Shown: positions 23,642 to 35,398, numbered from the stretch's first letter. The stretch is 64,000 nucleotides of DNA from Zancudomyces culisetae HAW-14-8 (GCA_052426225.1 JBNJNM010000021.1:2046001-2110000); one strand, 5' to 3'. The notes: a model not told the origin generated them from the sequence alone. Made by a program: numbers and translations.

Positions 23642-26600
23642 TCATACACACAAAAGTTCTAAACTTTTGTTTTCTCTTTCTGCACGTTGACAAAGCTCAA
23701 TTAAATCTTTATCACTTAGGTCTTTTGCAACCCTCATAATCCATTCCCTGTGCGCACTTGCATCAACACCATACTTTATCAACAAATTGATCATTTCTAC
23801 ATTTCCGTGTTTCACTGCCTCTTTAAGCCCATAATCTTTTTTTAGTACCAAGTTTGGATTTCTTTTCAGCAAGAGTCTCAGCATTTCCAAATTATTATTC
23901 TCACACGTCTGAACCACCCCACTATCACATCCCCTTTTTACCTTTAGCCCCTTTTCAAACAACAGCTTCAGAATTTCTAAGCTATTATTTCTACAGGCAT
24001 AGAATACGAAATCCAATTCGTTATTTTCAAGCGTAGTCGTATCTTTCAAAAGCAATTTAGTTGCCTCTAGTTTGTCATTCAGAATAGCAGATTCGAGTAG
24101 GCGAGAGACTCCACCAAGCTCAGGGCAATAGTTCAATATTAACTGTAGAGTTTCAATATTGTCTAAGTTAGGATAATCTTTAATGTAATATGAATATTTA
24201 TCAATTTTTACACCATGTTCCAACAATAATCTGACCATCTCAATATTATTTGCTTTGAGTGGTACATCTAGAATATTAGTGTAGTCCATAACACTTAGCC
24301 CATTCTCCAAAAGTAGTTTTACCACCTCAATATTTCCCATCTGCACAGCAAATTCTGCTATTTCACCAGCATCATTGAGATCAATCTTATAAGTCAGCAG
24401 TAACTTTAATATTTCAATGTTATTTGTTTTAATTGCAGTGTTTATCCCATATAACAGATCGCCATTCTGGATGGGTTTACCCCTATCAAGTAGTATTTTA
24501 GTGATCCTGTATTCTTTAGAACAAACGGTGTTTTCATGACCCAAGAATAAATCATGTTGTAATTCCCCTTCCTTTGTATCTGTTTTATCTTTTTTTTGTA
24601 ATACTCCCAAACCAACATAATACGCAAGAATTGTCTTCACCAACCTAATGTCTTCAATTAAACACGCATACTCTAATTGGTATCTACAAAGATATCCTAC
24701 AACAGCATTGTTATCCAAGAGATATTTCAGAGTTTTCTTGAAACCCAGTCTACATGAAATCCTAATTCCATTTCGAGCTGGATCGCTCAACTCAACTCCA
24801 TCTTTTACTAATAATTTAACCATATCAAAATTACCTAGTAAACACGCCATGTTGATACAAGGATATTCTGGATTCTTGGGTACAACACCACCATTCTTCA
24901 TCCAGTGCTGCAAAACTTCAACTTTATCTGATTCACACGCCTGTTCAAACCCATCCGATTCATCTCTTAGTTTTGCACCTTTACTGATAAAGTAATCTAT
25001 CCAATCAATATCACCTGCTTTGTATGCTGTTCTCAAGATTAAACTATCATGCGAATTGACACTCATTCCATTCTCTATTAACAGTTTCAACATTTTAAAG
25101 TTTCGGTCCACCAATTCTGACTTTGCTAGCTCATAATGCTCATCATTTAATAGCTCTACATTTTTCTCGTTTTCTGACTCGTTGGTTTCACAGTGTTCAG
25201 TGTTGTTGAATGTTATTTCTGGGTCGTTTTCAAGAATATATTCAATAATCTCAACCACTTTATCGTAACAAGCTCTTTTACTTTTGTTGTTACAAGAAGG
25301 GTGTAAAAGAGTTGCAAAATATGATGCACATACATTGGTGATGTCCTTTTTTTTTGAGTTTGTACTTGTCATTATTTTCTCGTATAAATCCATATATTCA
25401 TAAAAATCATCAAGCTCGGCATTATCATTATATGCATCATATTTTTGATAAAGTCCAATAAGACACATTATTGTTTTACTAAATTTCAGTCTCGTTCCAA
25501 ATTTGAGTTTGTCTCCTAAAGTTTTACACTTAACCTTAAGCTTATCTTCTGAAAACATCAACAATCGTTCTGCTATTTGATAATTTTTAACACTACTCGA
25601 CTTTTCAATACCATGCTGAATATTTGGCTCAACAGAAGCACCATTTTCCAATAGCAATTGTAACACATTGATATCCTTTTTTTTGACGGCAATTAGTATT
25701 CCTTCAAAATGAGGTAATTTTAAATCCGCTCCAGATTCAACAAGTAGTTTTACAATTCTGGTATCTCCACTTTCCACAGCTTTCTCTAAACAATTAATAC
25801 TCACTATATTTGGATATCTATTTATGATTTCTAGCGCTAGTTTGTAGTCGTTCTCTTTTATAGCCGTTTTCAAAACTTTTTCGCTCAGATCCCCTTTCAA
25901 TTTATCACTGTGATTTAAAAGTAGTCTTATGAGATCAGTATTACCACTTTCGTATGCCACTTCTGTTATTTTTCTGATGTTTTCCGAGTCTAATTCAATT
26001 TTGAAAAAGTATTCCTTGACTAATACCCGATCTCTATGATAGACCGCTGCATCGAACAATATTTGTGCGTGTATACCGCTAAAGTAGTTATCTTTGAGAT
26101 ATGAGATAAAGCTTTTTATATTCAAAGAAATTGAATAATATACAACCAGCATGTATACCAACAACTCCATGTTATCCGTGTTTTTATATTGCATAATAAA
26201 AGTGTTAAAAGCTTCATCAATGGGATTATCACGAGATGCAGCAAATAGTTGTAGCTGTCTAAAAGAAAGGTCTGTGCTCATTTCCAGATCCAAAATTATT
26301 TTTAGCCATTCAAGATTGTGCAATTGACAGGTTTCATGTGCAGCCACTAATATACAACATATCATAAATTTGTCATCAATGCATCTAATATCTCTCCCGA
26401 TAGAACTACATATCTCTGGCGGAAACTCAAACCTAGTGTTACATATATTTATTAATAGTTCGATATCGTTTTCCCCAGCAATATTAACCATCTCGCGTAT
26501 TAAAAGTGATGAGGCATTGATTTTAGTTATTATTGGTTTAATACAGATATAATCAGAAACCCAAATGTCCGTTTCTTCTATTTGTGCTTTGTTTCCTTCT

Positions 26601-27055
26601 GAGAACAAATTTTCAATGTCAATATCCAAATATTCACCCTCCTTTATAAATAAAGTACCCTTATGCATAATTTTTGAGGTATTCCTATCAATCACTACAT
26701 ACATCTTGAGCAACTTAATTACAACATTTCCCCACCTATACTCAAATGCCATATCTAGAGCTGTTCCGTAGTCCAGGTTCTTGATGCTTCTCAAAACCAG
26801 TATCCCAATAGCTTCATTAGCTCTAATTCTGGTGTAACTCTCGAATATGTCTCTCGACCTCCACTGGGAAAGAAACCCTGTGCATGGCAAAATATAGTGA
26901 AGTATGTACTTGCTAATAGTGCTCACTTTCTGCGAGCTATAGTGCATATTTTTGTTTAAGAGTGACAACTGAGGGTTCTGGGCAAGCACAAATATGGTTG
27001 ACAGGACACTTCCTGGAAGCTTGTTAAATGCACAGCTGTTTTTGTTGAAATACAT
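23642..27055 (-). CDS. Intronless 1137-aa ankyrin-repeat protein with F-box-like N-terminus, copy 1
   Basis: Many ankyrin motifs (AVESGDTRIVKLLVESGAD, ACLLGNFDMVKLLV, AVQMGNIEVVKLLLENG, AVKHGNVEMINLLIKYGVD). N-terminal FNKLPGSVLSTIF resembles LPxElLxxIF. Confidence 0.9.
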   Translation of the reverse strand: MYFNKNSCAFNKLPGSVLSTIFVLAQNPQLSLLNKNMHYSSQKVSTISKYILHYILPCTGFLSQWRSRDIFESYTRIRANEAIGILVLRSIKNLDYGTALDMAFEYRWGNVVIKLLKMYVVIDRNTSKIMHKGTLFIKEGEYLDIDIENLFSEGNKAQIEETDIWVSDYICIKPIITKINASSLLIREMVNIAGENDIELLINICNTRFEFPPEICSSIGRDIRCIDDKFMICCILVAAHETCQLHNLEWLKIILDLEMSTDLSFRQLQLFAASRDNPIDEAFNTFIMQYKNTDNMELLVYMLVVYYSISLNIKSFISYLKDNYFSGIHAQILFDAAVYHRDRVLVKEYFFKIELDSENIRKITEVAYESGNTDLIRLLLNHSDKLKGDLSEKVLKTAIKENDYKLALEIINRYPNIVSINCLEKAVESGDTRIVKLLVESGADLKLPHFEGILIAVKKKDINVLQLLLENGASVEPNIQHGIEKSSSVKNYQIAERLLMFSEDKLKVKCKTLGDKLKFGTRLKFSKTIMCLIGLYQKYDAYNDNAELDDFYEYMDLYEKIMTSTNSKKKDITNVCASYFATLLHPSCNNKSKRACYDKVVEIIEYILENDPEITFNNTEHCETNESENEKNVELLNDEHYELAKSELVDRNFKMLKLLIENGMSVNSHDSLILRTAYKAGDIDWIDYFISKGAKLRDESDGFEQACESDKVEVLQHWMKNGGVVPKNPEYPCINMACLLGNFDMVKLLVKDGVELSDPARNGIRISCRLGFKKTLKYLLDNNAVVGYLCRYQLEYACLIEDIRLVKTILAYYVGLGVLQKKDKTDTKEGELQHDLFLGHENTVCSKEYRITKILLDRGKPIQNGDLLYGINTAIKTNNIEILKLLLTYKIDLNDAGEIAEFAVQMGNIEVVKLLLENGLSVMDYTNILDVPLKANNIEMVRLLLEHGVKIDKYSYYIKDYPNLDNIETLQLILNYCPELGGVSRLLESAILNDKLEATKLLLKDTTTLENNELDFVFYACRNNSLEILKLLFEKGLKVKRGCDSGVVQTCENNNLEMLRLLLKRNPNLVLKKDYGLKEAVKHGNVEMINLLIKYGVDASAHREWIMRVAKDLSDKDLIELCQRAERENKSLELLCV

Positions 27056-29385
27056 TGTGCAGTGGTCTGATTTACTTTTGTTTCCTCTCTTCTGGGTTAA
27101 TAAGGTTGCTAGTAATTTAAAGTAAACTAGTAAAATGAATAAAGCGCTGAACGGCAGAAATGTGTTTTCTTTTCACTGTTTCCTAATTTTTTTGTTATTT
27201 TCTAATTTATCAACTTTAATTTAAGCGGTTATTTTTAGCGTGAATTGAAAATAATTATTATTGAGAATCCAGATGATTGCACATTGTCCAGGATTATACA
27301 CCAAATCAGAAGGTTGATTTATTTCCAAGCCAATAACCTAGGATTTTTTCTGATTTTCAAGATGAATTAGCTAATATTATAAAAATCCCATCAACTTAGT
27401 AACACAAAGATGTTCCAACTCCACTATTTATCATCGTACACAAACCAGATATTCCATGTCTGTTATTCTTGTTGTGTTGATTATTGAATGGTTCTTGGTA
27501 GAGTTGTGTATTAGGATCGGTAAAATAGTTGTACTTTGAGATTAGATATATTTAGTAGATTTGTGAGTTTTATGAATCGGTTGTGATACTATATTTCAAG
27601 TAATCAATACTCATTCGTATTACTATTTAAATATATGACGAGAAATCAATCCCATTTCAGTTCAACAACCAAATAATACCCTAGATCAATACATGAGCTT
27701 AGAGTTGAATAAACTCTATCAGTTGAATGAATACAACTCGAACTAAAAAAGAGTATAAAAAAATTCCAAATATCAAAATAAGCAATTTTCTGGTAATATG
27801 TCGTCAGGAATATCTATATTTTTGCTCGACTTCAGAGTTATCTCAGCTGGCAAAAATAAGTAATACACCTCATATCAACAGGTTATAATCTGTTGTTTTT
27901 ACTGAGTTATGTTAGAATCAACAGAAAATCATGATTTTACTCCAATTCGTATAAAGTTTATGAGAAATATTCAATATTGTAACATAACAGAGTATACGAA
28001 AGGATTATACAGGTAATACTGACAACATTCCCGCAAGGTATCTGGTTTATGTTCATAAGAGTGTTGATTTTTGTAAAATAGCAGTTACAAATATATCGAA
28101 AAGTGATACTATTCATACTATTGGATTAAGTGGCATGGTTTATACTACAAGGTAAAAAATGGGAGTAAAAAATAAAATACTCAAGGTTATATATCTAACC
28201 GTAGCTACTGATCTGAACACACCTTTGAATAACTGTATAGCATTATATAAATATTATTTGAGTGGAGGTACATGATGGATTAACATTCTACTCAAGAAAG
28301 TTGAAAAACCATTGAACACTAACGAACTCCTGGTGAAAATTACTGTAGCTCTGAAAGTATTAAAAGTCTGAAACACTTGTTTTGTCAGGGTTGAAAGGTA
28401 ATTAAAAAACCAATTATCAGTTACCTTAAAATAGCATATAAATTCAAATATGTCGAATTGGTTCAAACGAATAAAATACTTGTATAAATGAGAGGTGTGA
28501 ACTTGGCAATTCAGTGAAACTGCAATACTTGATTGAAAAATGTGTCTCTATCATAAAATATATATATAATCTGTGGGTTACTTTTAAACAGGGAAATATC
28601 CAACTGGTAAAAATTATTGACTGAAAATTGAATTAATCTACTCACAAAGTATAATTATATGCATTCGAGTCGGGTTCCAAATAAGTCGATGATTCTAAAA
28701 TTGCTAACCAAAATTCGCATAGATCCTGGAAACAGGCTAGCAAAGTCTATTAATCTAGCATATGAGTAGGATAAACATAGTTATGTACAGCTATTGATAA
28801 GAGGTATCATATTTACTACGCTCTCCCTTAATCCAGAGCAATAAAGATGGTTTAGACCTTATTTAAATAAAACCAGTTCTTTTTTGTATATATTGATAGA
28901 CCAAAATTAATGAGTTTGTTGAAAATAGTCTTGGTTTGAGTTTTTTGTGATAGCAGGTTTCAATGCCAGATATACACACCTAAGTATTAAATGAAAATGT
29001 TTTATCCAACCCGAGTTTATTGATTTTAGTATTTCCTACTATTGTTATTTTCTTTAATGGAACAAATTAATCAAGGCTTAATAGCAACTGATATTTTGCA
29101 ACATTCTGGCTATATATTTATGTATTTATTTATTTCTGAAGAATAGAATAGTTCTAAAACTATAATACTACACAGGTTATGGTAAAATGCAAGAGTATGC
29201 TAATAAATAATAAACAAAAAAACATCAAGAGTTCAAAGTAAAATGATCTTGGTTTTTTGCTAACTGTCTGTTCTCACCAGTTACAAAAAAGTATGAATCT
29301 GTTAATGATACCAAAGTAAAAGCAGCGAATACCCCAACTACAAATATGTGCTGTGGGACATAAAACATGACTACTCCACTACTTC

Positions 29386-29781
29386 TTAACATTTACATCC
29401 AGATTCACAGTGACATTTCTCGCCTTTACTCTCCTTGCATTCACAGGTTGCTTGTTCACACGTACATGGTTCTCCACATGTACAACCTTTATCATCTCTG
29501 CACTGACATATACTTTTTCCTTCACACTTGCACTCATTCTCCCTGCAGATACACTTTTTACCTACTGAACACCTACAGAAGACACCAGCCTCCTTATTTT
29601 CAGCACAATTGCACTTTTCAGATTCACAACAACATTTTCCTTCAGAGGTGGCTGAACAACCTTGTCCCATCTTGCAGCAGCATTCACAATTTCCAACCTC
29701 ACATGAACACCGACCCCCGGGAGCATCTCTGCACTTTCCAATATCTTTGTTGTAACAGTCTTTCTTGTCGCATGAACTCAT
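29386..29781 (-). CDS. Long metallothionein-like Cys-rich protein (131 aa, 33 Cys), copy 1
   Basis: From the ATG of MSSCDKK: two CCC clusters, many CxC motifs, K/E/G-rich, almost no aromatic residues, no signal peptide. A TATAAATA box lies ~145 bp upstream. Confidence 0.8.
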   Translation of the reverse strand: MSSCDKKDCYNKDIGKCRDAPGGRCSCEVGNCECCCKMGQGCSATSEGKCCCESEKCNCAENKEAGVFCRCSVGKKCICRENECKCEGKSICQCRDDKGCTCGEPCTCEQATCECKESKGEKCHCESGCKC

Positions 29782-31783
29782 TTTTAGTTTATTTATTCTG
29801 GTTTGTATTGGTTTATTAGTCAACCTTATTGGTATTATTATTTTCTTTTTGTATTTAGTATGAAATACTAGGTAGTTTTATGATTAATACTTTCTTGTTT
29901 TTGTTTTTTTTGACAAAAGCTGTTGACTATTTATACTTTTTTCTTGATATCTGGTTTCCTATGTACATACTCAAGACTCGGATGGTATTTTTATGAAAAC
30001 AGGAACTTATACACTTGAAAAAGTGCATTACACATCCGAGTTACTTTTGCCTGTAACCAAGTATATATGATTATAAATCATTTACATACACTTTTCATTT
30101 TTCGTTATATTCATTAAAATTGCATTTACAAAACCCATCTTGTTACCCAATAGCGAAATTGGATCCCATTTAATATTTTAATTGATTTTTTTCCTAACTG
30201 CTTTATGATTCTGTCACAAGGTTTACCACTGCCATTTCTCCTCCTCACCTCTTATTTTCTAGTTGCGCTGATTCTGCTATTCGCTACTTTTTAGAAAATA
30301 TCACCACTGTTTATCTTCATTACACTTTTTTACTCAACCAACCTTTTATAATTTAGTCCTGCTTTTTGATACATTTATAACCACATTAAACCCAGGCATT
30401 AATACCTATTCCACAAATGTTTATTTGTTATTGACATGTAAATTAATACAACATAAAACTACAAAAAATCATAAATAATAATTATATAGATAATTAATCT
30501 TTCTCCTGCTGAGGACTCCATATACCAACCTAACATTGGATCAAGGGAAAGAAATATCTCTTTTTCAAAAGACATCATTATAATTCTAAACATGAAATCA
30601 CAAAGACTCCTTGTGTGTTAGATATTAACTTATTCGCAATAACTATATTTTCAACAAATATATCAAATATCATTAGAAATGGTGCTAGTAAATTAAATTA
30701 GCTCTATTTCTTTAGCTATGACTGTTATTATCTTCTAACAAAAAAATATACAAACATATTTGGCATTTATCATTAAAATATGCCAAACTATATATAGGTT
30801 TACCAAATGTAGCACCATGATTTAAAAATAAAGTTAATAATCAAGTACACTTTTACTTTCTCTTTTAACACTAGCAAAAAGTAAGTCCTTTAGATAATTC
30901 ATGTATTAGACATTTGTTTCGCATTTGTAACACTACAGTAAATAACAAATCGACGAATTCATCATCCGTGTAACACCATATGTCAAAAAAATATTCCACG
31001 ATTTATTTTTTATCACTACAACACATTTTCTTATTCAACTCACAATGAGTTATTGTATACAATTGAAGTTAAACCAACTTTTATTTCAACAGAACATCAT
31101 TGATCTTTAATATAAAACTATAAAGCCTATTTTATATTTGAAACCACACCCTCCAAGGCTGATAATTTTGCTGAAACGAATAATTTAGCATTTATCTACT
31201 ACTGAATCAAACCTTTCTAGAATATCAACAACCGGTACTGAGCATGGTAGCTATTTCAAGTATATAAAGACCCCTGTTAACTACTATAATTCTACTATAT
31301 TATTTTTTGTTTATACTAACTGGTCTGATATTAACTATCATTATTAAAGAAGTAACTGGTTTTAAATTGAAGTTATCAACTTATAAAATCTAAATATCCA
31401 GAACCTGTCGCTGCAATTCTATGGGTATTGTGAATAGTGTTGGAATATAAGTAAAAAAGTTTACTTACAAAACTAGAAACGGAGCAAAAATCGGATTTGA
31501 AACATTAGAGTAAAAAATCAAAACATTGAAAAATCAAATCCAAAGAATCGAGATAAATACTGATTTTGAATTAACGGAAATCAAATCTCTATCTAGATAT
31601 GGTGTTAAGCAGTGAACATAAACTTTTGTACATTCAGGTTACTGCTAAAGATTGCTTTTTCTACCCCGTTAAACTATCCTGTACGTGTAAACGTACATTA
31701 GAACTGCTGTATGAAAACCAGGTACAGCTTCGATCAATAAATATTGAGAAAACTGGCCGTTGTGTTAAACATATCGAGCAAAA

Positions 31784-32014
31784 CTAGTTTATTTGCTGCT
31801 TGCTTACATAGCTGAGAGGTGATCCGACAGTTGCTAGTCCATACTGAGTAATAATTAATTTGAGCCGTTCGATATTTTCAATTAATTTTTGTGAGGTCTC
31901 CCGGTTACTTTTTAACTGTTCTTTTATCGCTTTTGAAATCCTTCTTAGTTCAGTGCACTTTTGGATTAGAATTATTGATGTTAGGATTGTTAAAACAGAT
32001 ATACCTTCTACCAT
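31784..32014 (-). CDS. Small orphan ORF (76 aa; hydrophobic N-terminus plus coiled-coil-like segment), copy 1
   Basis: ATG-initiated ORF with protein-like heptad pattern in otherwise non-coding AT-rich DNA; no family recognised. Confidence 0.3.
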   Translation of the reverse strand: MVEGISVLTILTSIILIQKCTELRRISKAIKEQLKSNRETSQKLIENIERLKLIITQYGLATVGSPLSYVSKQQIN

Positions 32015-34238
32015 AAAAGTATGGTATTTAATGATATTTTTTATAACTAAAATTGATGTTTTGCTGAGGTGATAATAGTTTTTGAACTAATGTAGCTAGA
32101 AAAATGATATTATTTAGCAATATCGCGGTTAATGATAGTCTTTTTATATTTAAAGCGGTTTCCATAATCAATATTGATTGTTTATCTTTTTGAAGGTCTT
32201 TGTTTCGTTGTAGACATTCTAATGTTGTTTTTTTCAACTACAATAAACAGACTTTAAAGGTATAATGCAATAAATAGTGAACTTTATTGTTTGTATTAAA
32301 ACTTCAACGATTTTAAAATAGAAAGAGCATAAACTCAATATCAATATATATTTTAACGAACTCTTTATTATTGAATACAGAAATATACTCTATTGATAAA
32401 AAATAAGGCGTGAATTATACTTTGAAGTGTGATGTTACAAACGCAGTATAGTTGTTTATTAGTGTTGTTATTGTAGTGTTACGAATCCGGAGAAAGTTTA
32501 ATATTGGTAAATTATTCATCAAAGATGGTTTCTTTCTTAGATGTTAAAGGAAGGAGTACAAGCGAAAAATGATTTCTATCATTTTTCTTAATGTGATCCT
32601 ACATTTGATAAACCAACATATAATTTGATGTAGTTTAATACTGAATGTAAAGAACTACTGTTTATTATTAGCTTTTGTTAAGATAAATAATAGTCAATGA
32701 GTATAGTTTTAAATGAGTAAAATGTTGTCGACTTGTTTCTTTAAAATCCAAATAACCAGTTTAGTTGTAAAAATCAATGAGATTGTTAATGTATTTAATA
32801 TATGACAGATAAACACCAAATAATACTAGAGAGTTGAGTTTCATTATAAAAACAAAACCTAAATTCTGACTCTATGGATATAATGAATGTAGTATCATAT
32901 ACAATAGTTAGCAAATACACTATTATTTTTATTCTACTTTTCAATATTATAATTGAATAAAATTGATACCTTCGACACAATCGTTTATGATAAATGCCAA
33001 AGAGAAAATGCCTAACTATATTATCAGCCTTTCAATGATGTGCAACCAGCTATTTACCAATGTGAACAGTTTATAATACATTGACATTTTGGCTTCAATC
33101 TAGATGCTAGTCAATTTATACTCGTCCTCTAGATCTATTATTGTATTTATCCAGTCAATTTAATCATTACTATTATCTTCATTAACGAGTAAATTATAGC
33201 CCGGAAGGATATATAAACTGTTAATTATGAATGCACCGCCTAGTACTTTTTTCATTCCGGTCTTTAGCAAAATTAGTAATATGCAGTGATTAGTTTGAAG
33301 ATCACTATAGCCTATACACTTTACTGAATGCCATCATTGAGACCTTACAATTATTAAATCTAGTATTGTATTTCTTTTCATATTTGACAGCTAATGTCTA
33401 ATCATTTTGTTCAACCTTCTTGTTAAACAAAACTCAATCAGAGCATTGAAAGTTATAACCAAAAGTCTTTAAATTCTAAATTCTAGTTTTCCGATAATCC
33501 AGAAGCTGGGCTAGTAATGTCAATACTTTGTTAGTCAATGCTATTTCGCTTGAGCAGTTAATTTGTTCTTTCAAAATTGGCTAGAACATATATCACATAC
33601 CTTTCAATAATAATTACTAGTAACTCTGGTGTTGAGTATGAGAGTAAAGAGAACTGAGTGAAGGATATGACCACATAAATAAATTCTATTGAATAATTAT
33701 ATATAGCTTTGCCGATTATATTTTTATTTACTGCGAAAACTATTTATTCGGGCTCACTTGACAACAATTGTCAAAATATGTAACCTTTTCAATCAATAGC
33801 AACACCAGATTAAATCTACTGGTTATTACGAATATCAATTTTGAATATACATTGTACTAGAACAGCTAGCATTTTTTTCAACTCTACTGTTAATATGCAA
33901 GTTAATTCTAGTGTATTAATATAAGAAAGTACGAAGATCTGAAAATGTCAGGTCAATACTAAACTCGCTATGGACCTTTACAAATATAAAATGTTGATCT
34001 CCGTTAGGCTACACACCAACACAAGTCTGAAATATCAGCATCTAGATAATACAACTCAGTAACTATTAACGTAATACAGCGTTTATATATACAGCCAAAA
34101 GCTTAGCAGCAACAAAAAAAAGATATAAAGGGTCGATGTATTTTTGTAGAATTGATTTCTTTACATTTCAAAAGTGTTTAGAACTTTATCCTAGATAAAA
34201 ACAAACTAGACTTAGAAAAAAACTCAAAAAAAGTAAAA

Positions 34239-34718
34239 ATGGTAAACATTTTGTTGACAAGTGCACTTTTGATTGCCTCAAGCTTTGTAGCCAGTTCTAA
34301 CATCCCAGACGTTCAGCTTGCCGATGCCAATACCCCAAATGCTCAGATAGCACAAGCTAGCGGAGAAGCTGACTACAAACTCAGCCATTGTGGTTGTCGT
34401 GATGATGATGACAACCACAAGACTTTGGCTATCGAAATGTTTGGAGAAAGGCTTATGAAAAACAGGGTTGGCTTTAAAACAATTCGTCCACGTAAATGCT
34501 ACCGCTTACCTAACATTAATTCATGTCTACTTGATGGTGGCAAACCTGGTGAGGGAATAATTATGTTCTGCACTGGATCCAAGTGTAATGGTAGCTGCCG
34601 GTCCCTGCCAAGACTAAAATGGTATACCCCTGGAGATATGAATTTTGATATCGGAGGACATGCAAACTCAGTTTACTGGACCACTTCAGAAGATGATAGT
34701 TTGATACAACTTGCTTAG
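34239..34718 (+). CDS. Small secreted Cys-rich protein (159 aa), Asp-tract variant (CGC-RDDDDNH)
   Basis: Signal-peptide-like N-terminus (MVNILLTSALLIASSFVAS), A-rich start context, upstream TATAAA at ~34124, AATAAA at ~34818, Cys-containing C-terminal domain. Confidence 0.8.
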   Translation: MVNILLTSALLIASSFVASSNIPDVQLADANTPNAQIAQASGEADYKLSHCGCRDDDDNHKTLAIEMFGERLMKNRVGFKTIRPRKCYRLPNINSCLLDGGKPGEGIIMFCTGSKCNGSCRSLPRLKWYTPGDMNFDIGGHANSVYWTTSEDDSLIQLA

Positions 34719-35398
34719 AACTGTTTAAACCTGTGAACAAGGCTATGTTTCTTTAGATTTTAATTTTAGATTTAGGTACAGGCTTTTAGTTTTTGGCGAT
34801 AGAATCAACTTTAGGCAAATAAAACTGCATTGACAATGATCATTAGAGTAAATAGCCACTTGGCTATATTTTCTATTGTTTAGAAACAAGGTTTGAATAA
34901 ACTGAAATGTACGTATTATGGATTAGGAGCAATATCAAGGATTGAAGTATAGAAAGCTGCAAAAATAGCTATAGAAACCTCTCAATCCTAGTCATTTAGA
35001 AATGGTGAACCAATAAAAATTGAATATACTTTTACATAATTATTACTCAACTTAACCTTGTTCACCTTGCAAATTGCTTCCCTTTTATCTCATCTCTTCA
35101 TCCCCCACTATTTTATATTCAATTTATTAAATATTACTATATTTTTGATTGCTAATATATGAATTTAAAAAAACAAGATACAGCTCAAGTACTTCTAAAT
35201 ATAATTTAGACTAACACTCTGAAGTATTATTAAGTGCATGATGAAAATACAATTTTTATTTATTTTTGAAGCCTGTTTAAAAATGTATATAATATACACT
35301 CTCCTCTAGCTAAGGATTCAATCTTTTTTCACTAATTATCTTGTGTTTGAGATTGGACAAGCCATAATCTATAATTGTTTACAGTATTATCTTATAAA

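Larger units (their letters stand above)
14954..34837 (+). repeat. Left arm of giant inverted repeat (>=19.9 kb)
   Basis: Reverse complement of 44005-64000. ORFs mirror one-to-one with coordinate sums of ~78842-78954. Homology stops abruptly after ...ctgcattgacaat (34837). The outer end cannot be defined because the right arm leaves the window. Confidence 0.98.

Noticed and set aside
29367-29819. His/Thr-rich + strand ORFs (150 and 75 aa) and their mirrors at 49118-49573
   Set aside because: Antisense shadows of the Cys-codon-rich metallothionein gene.
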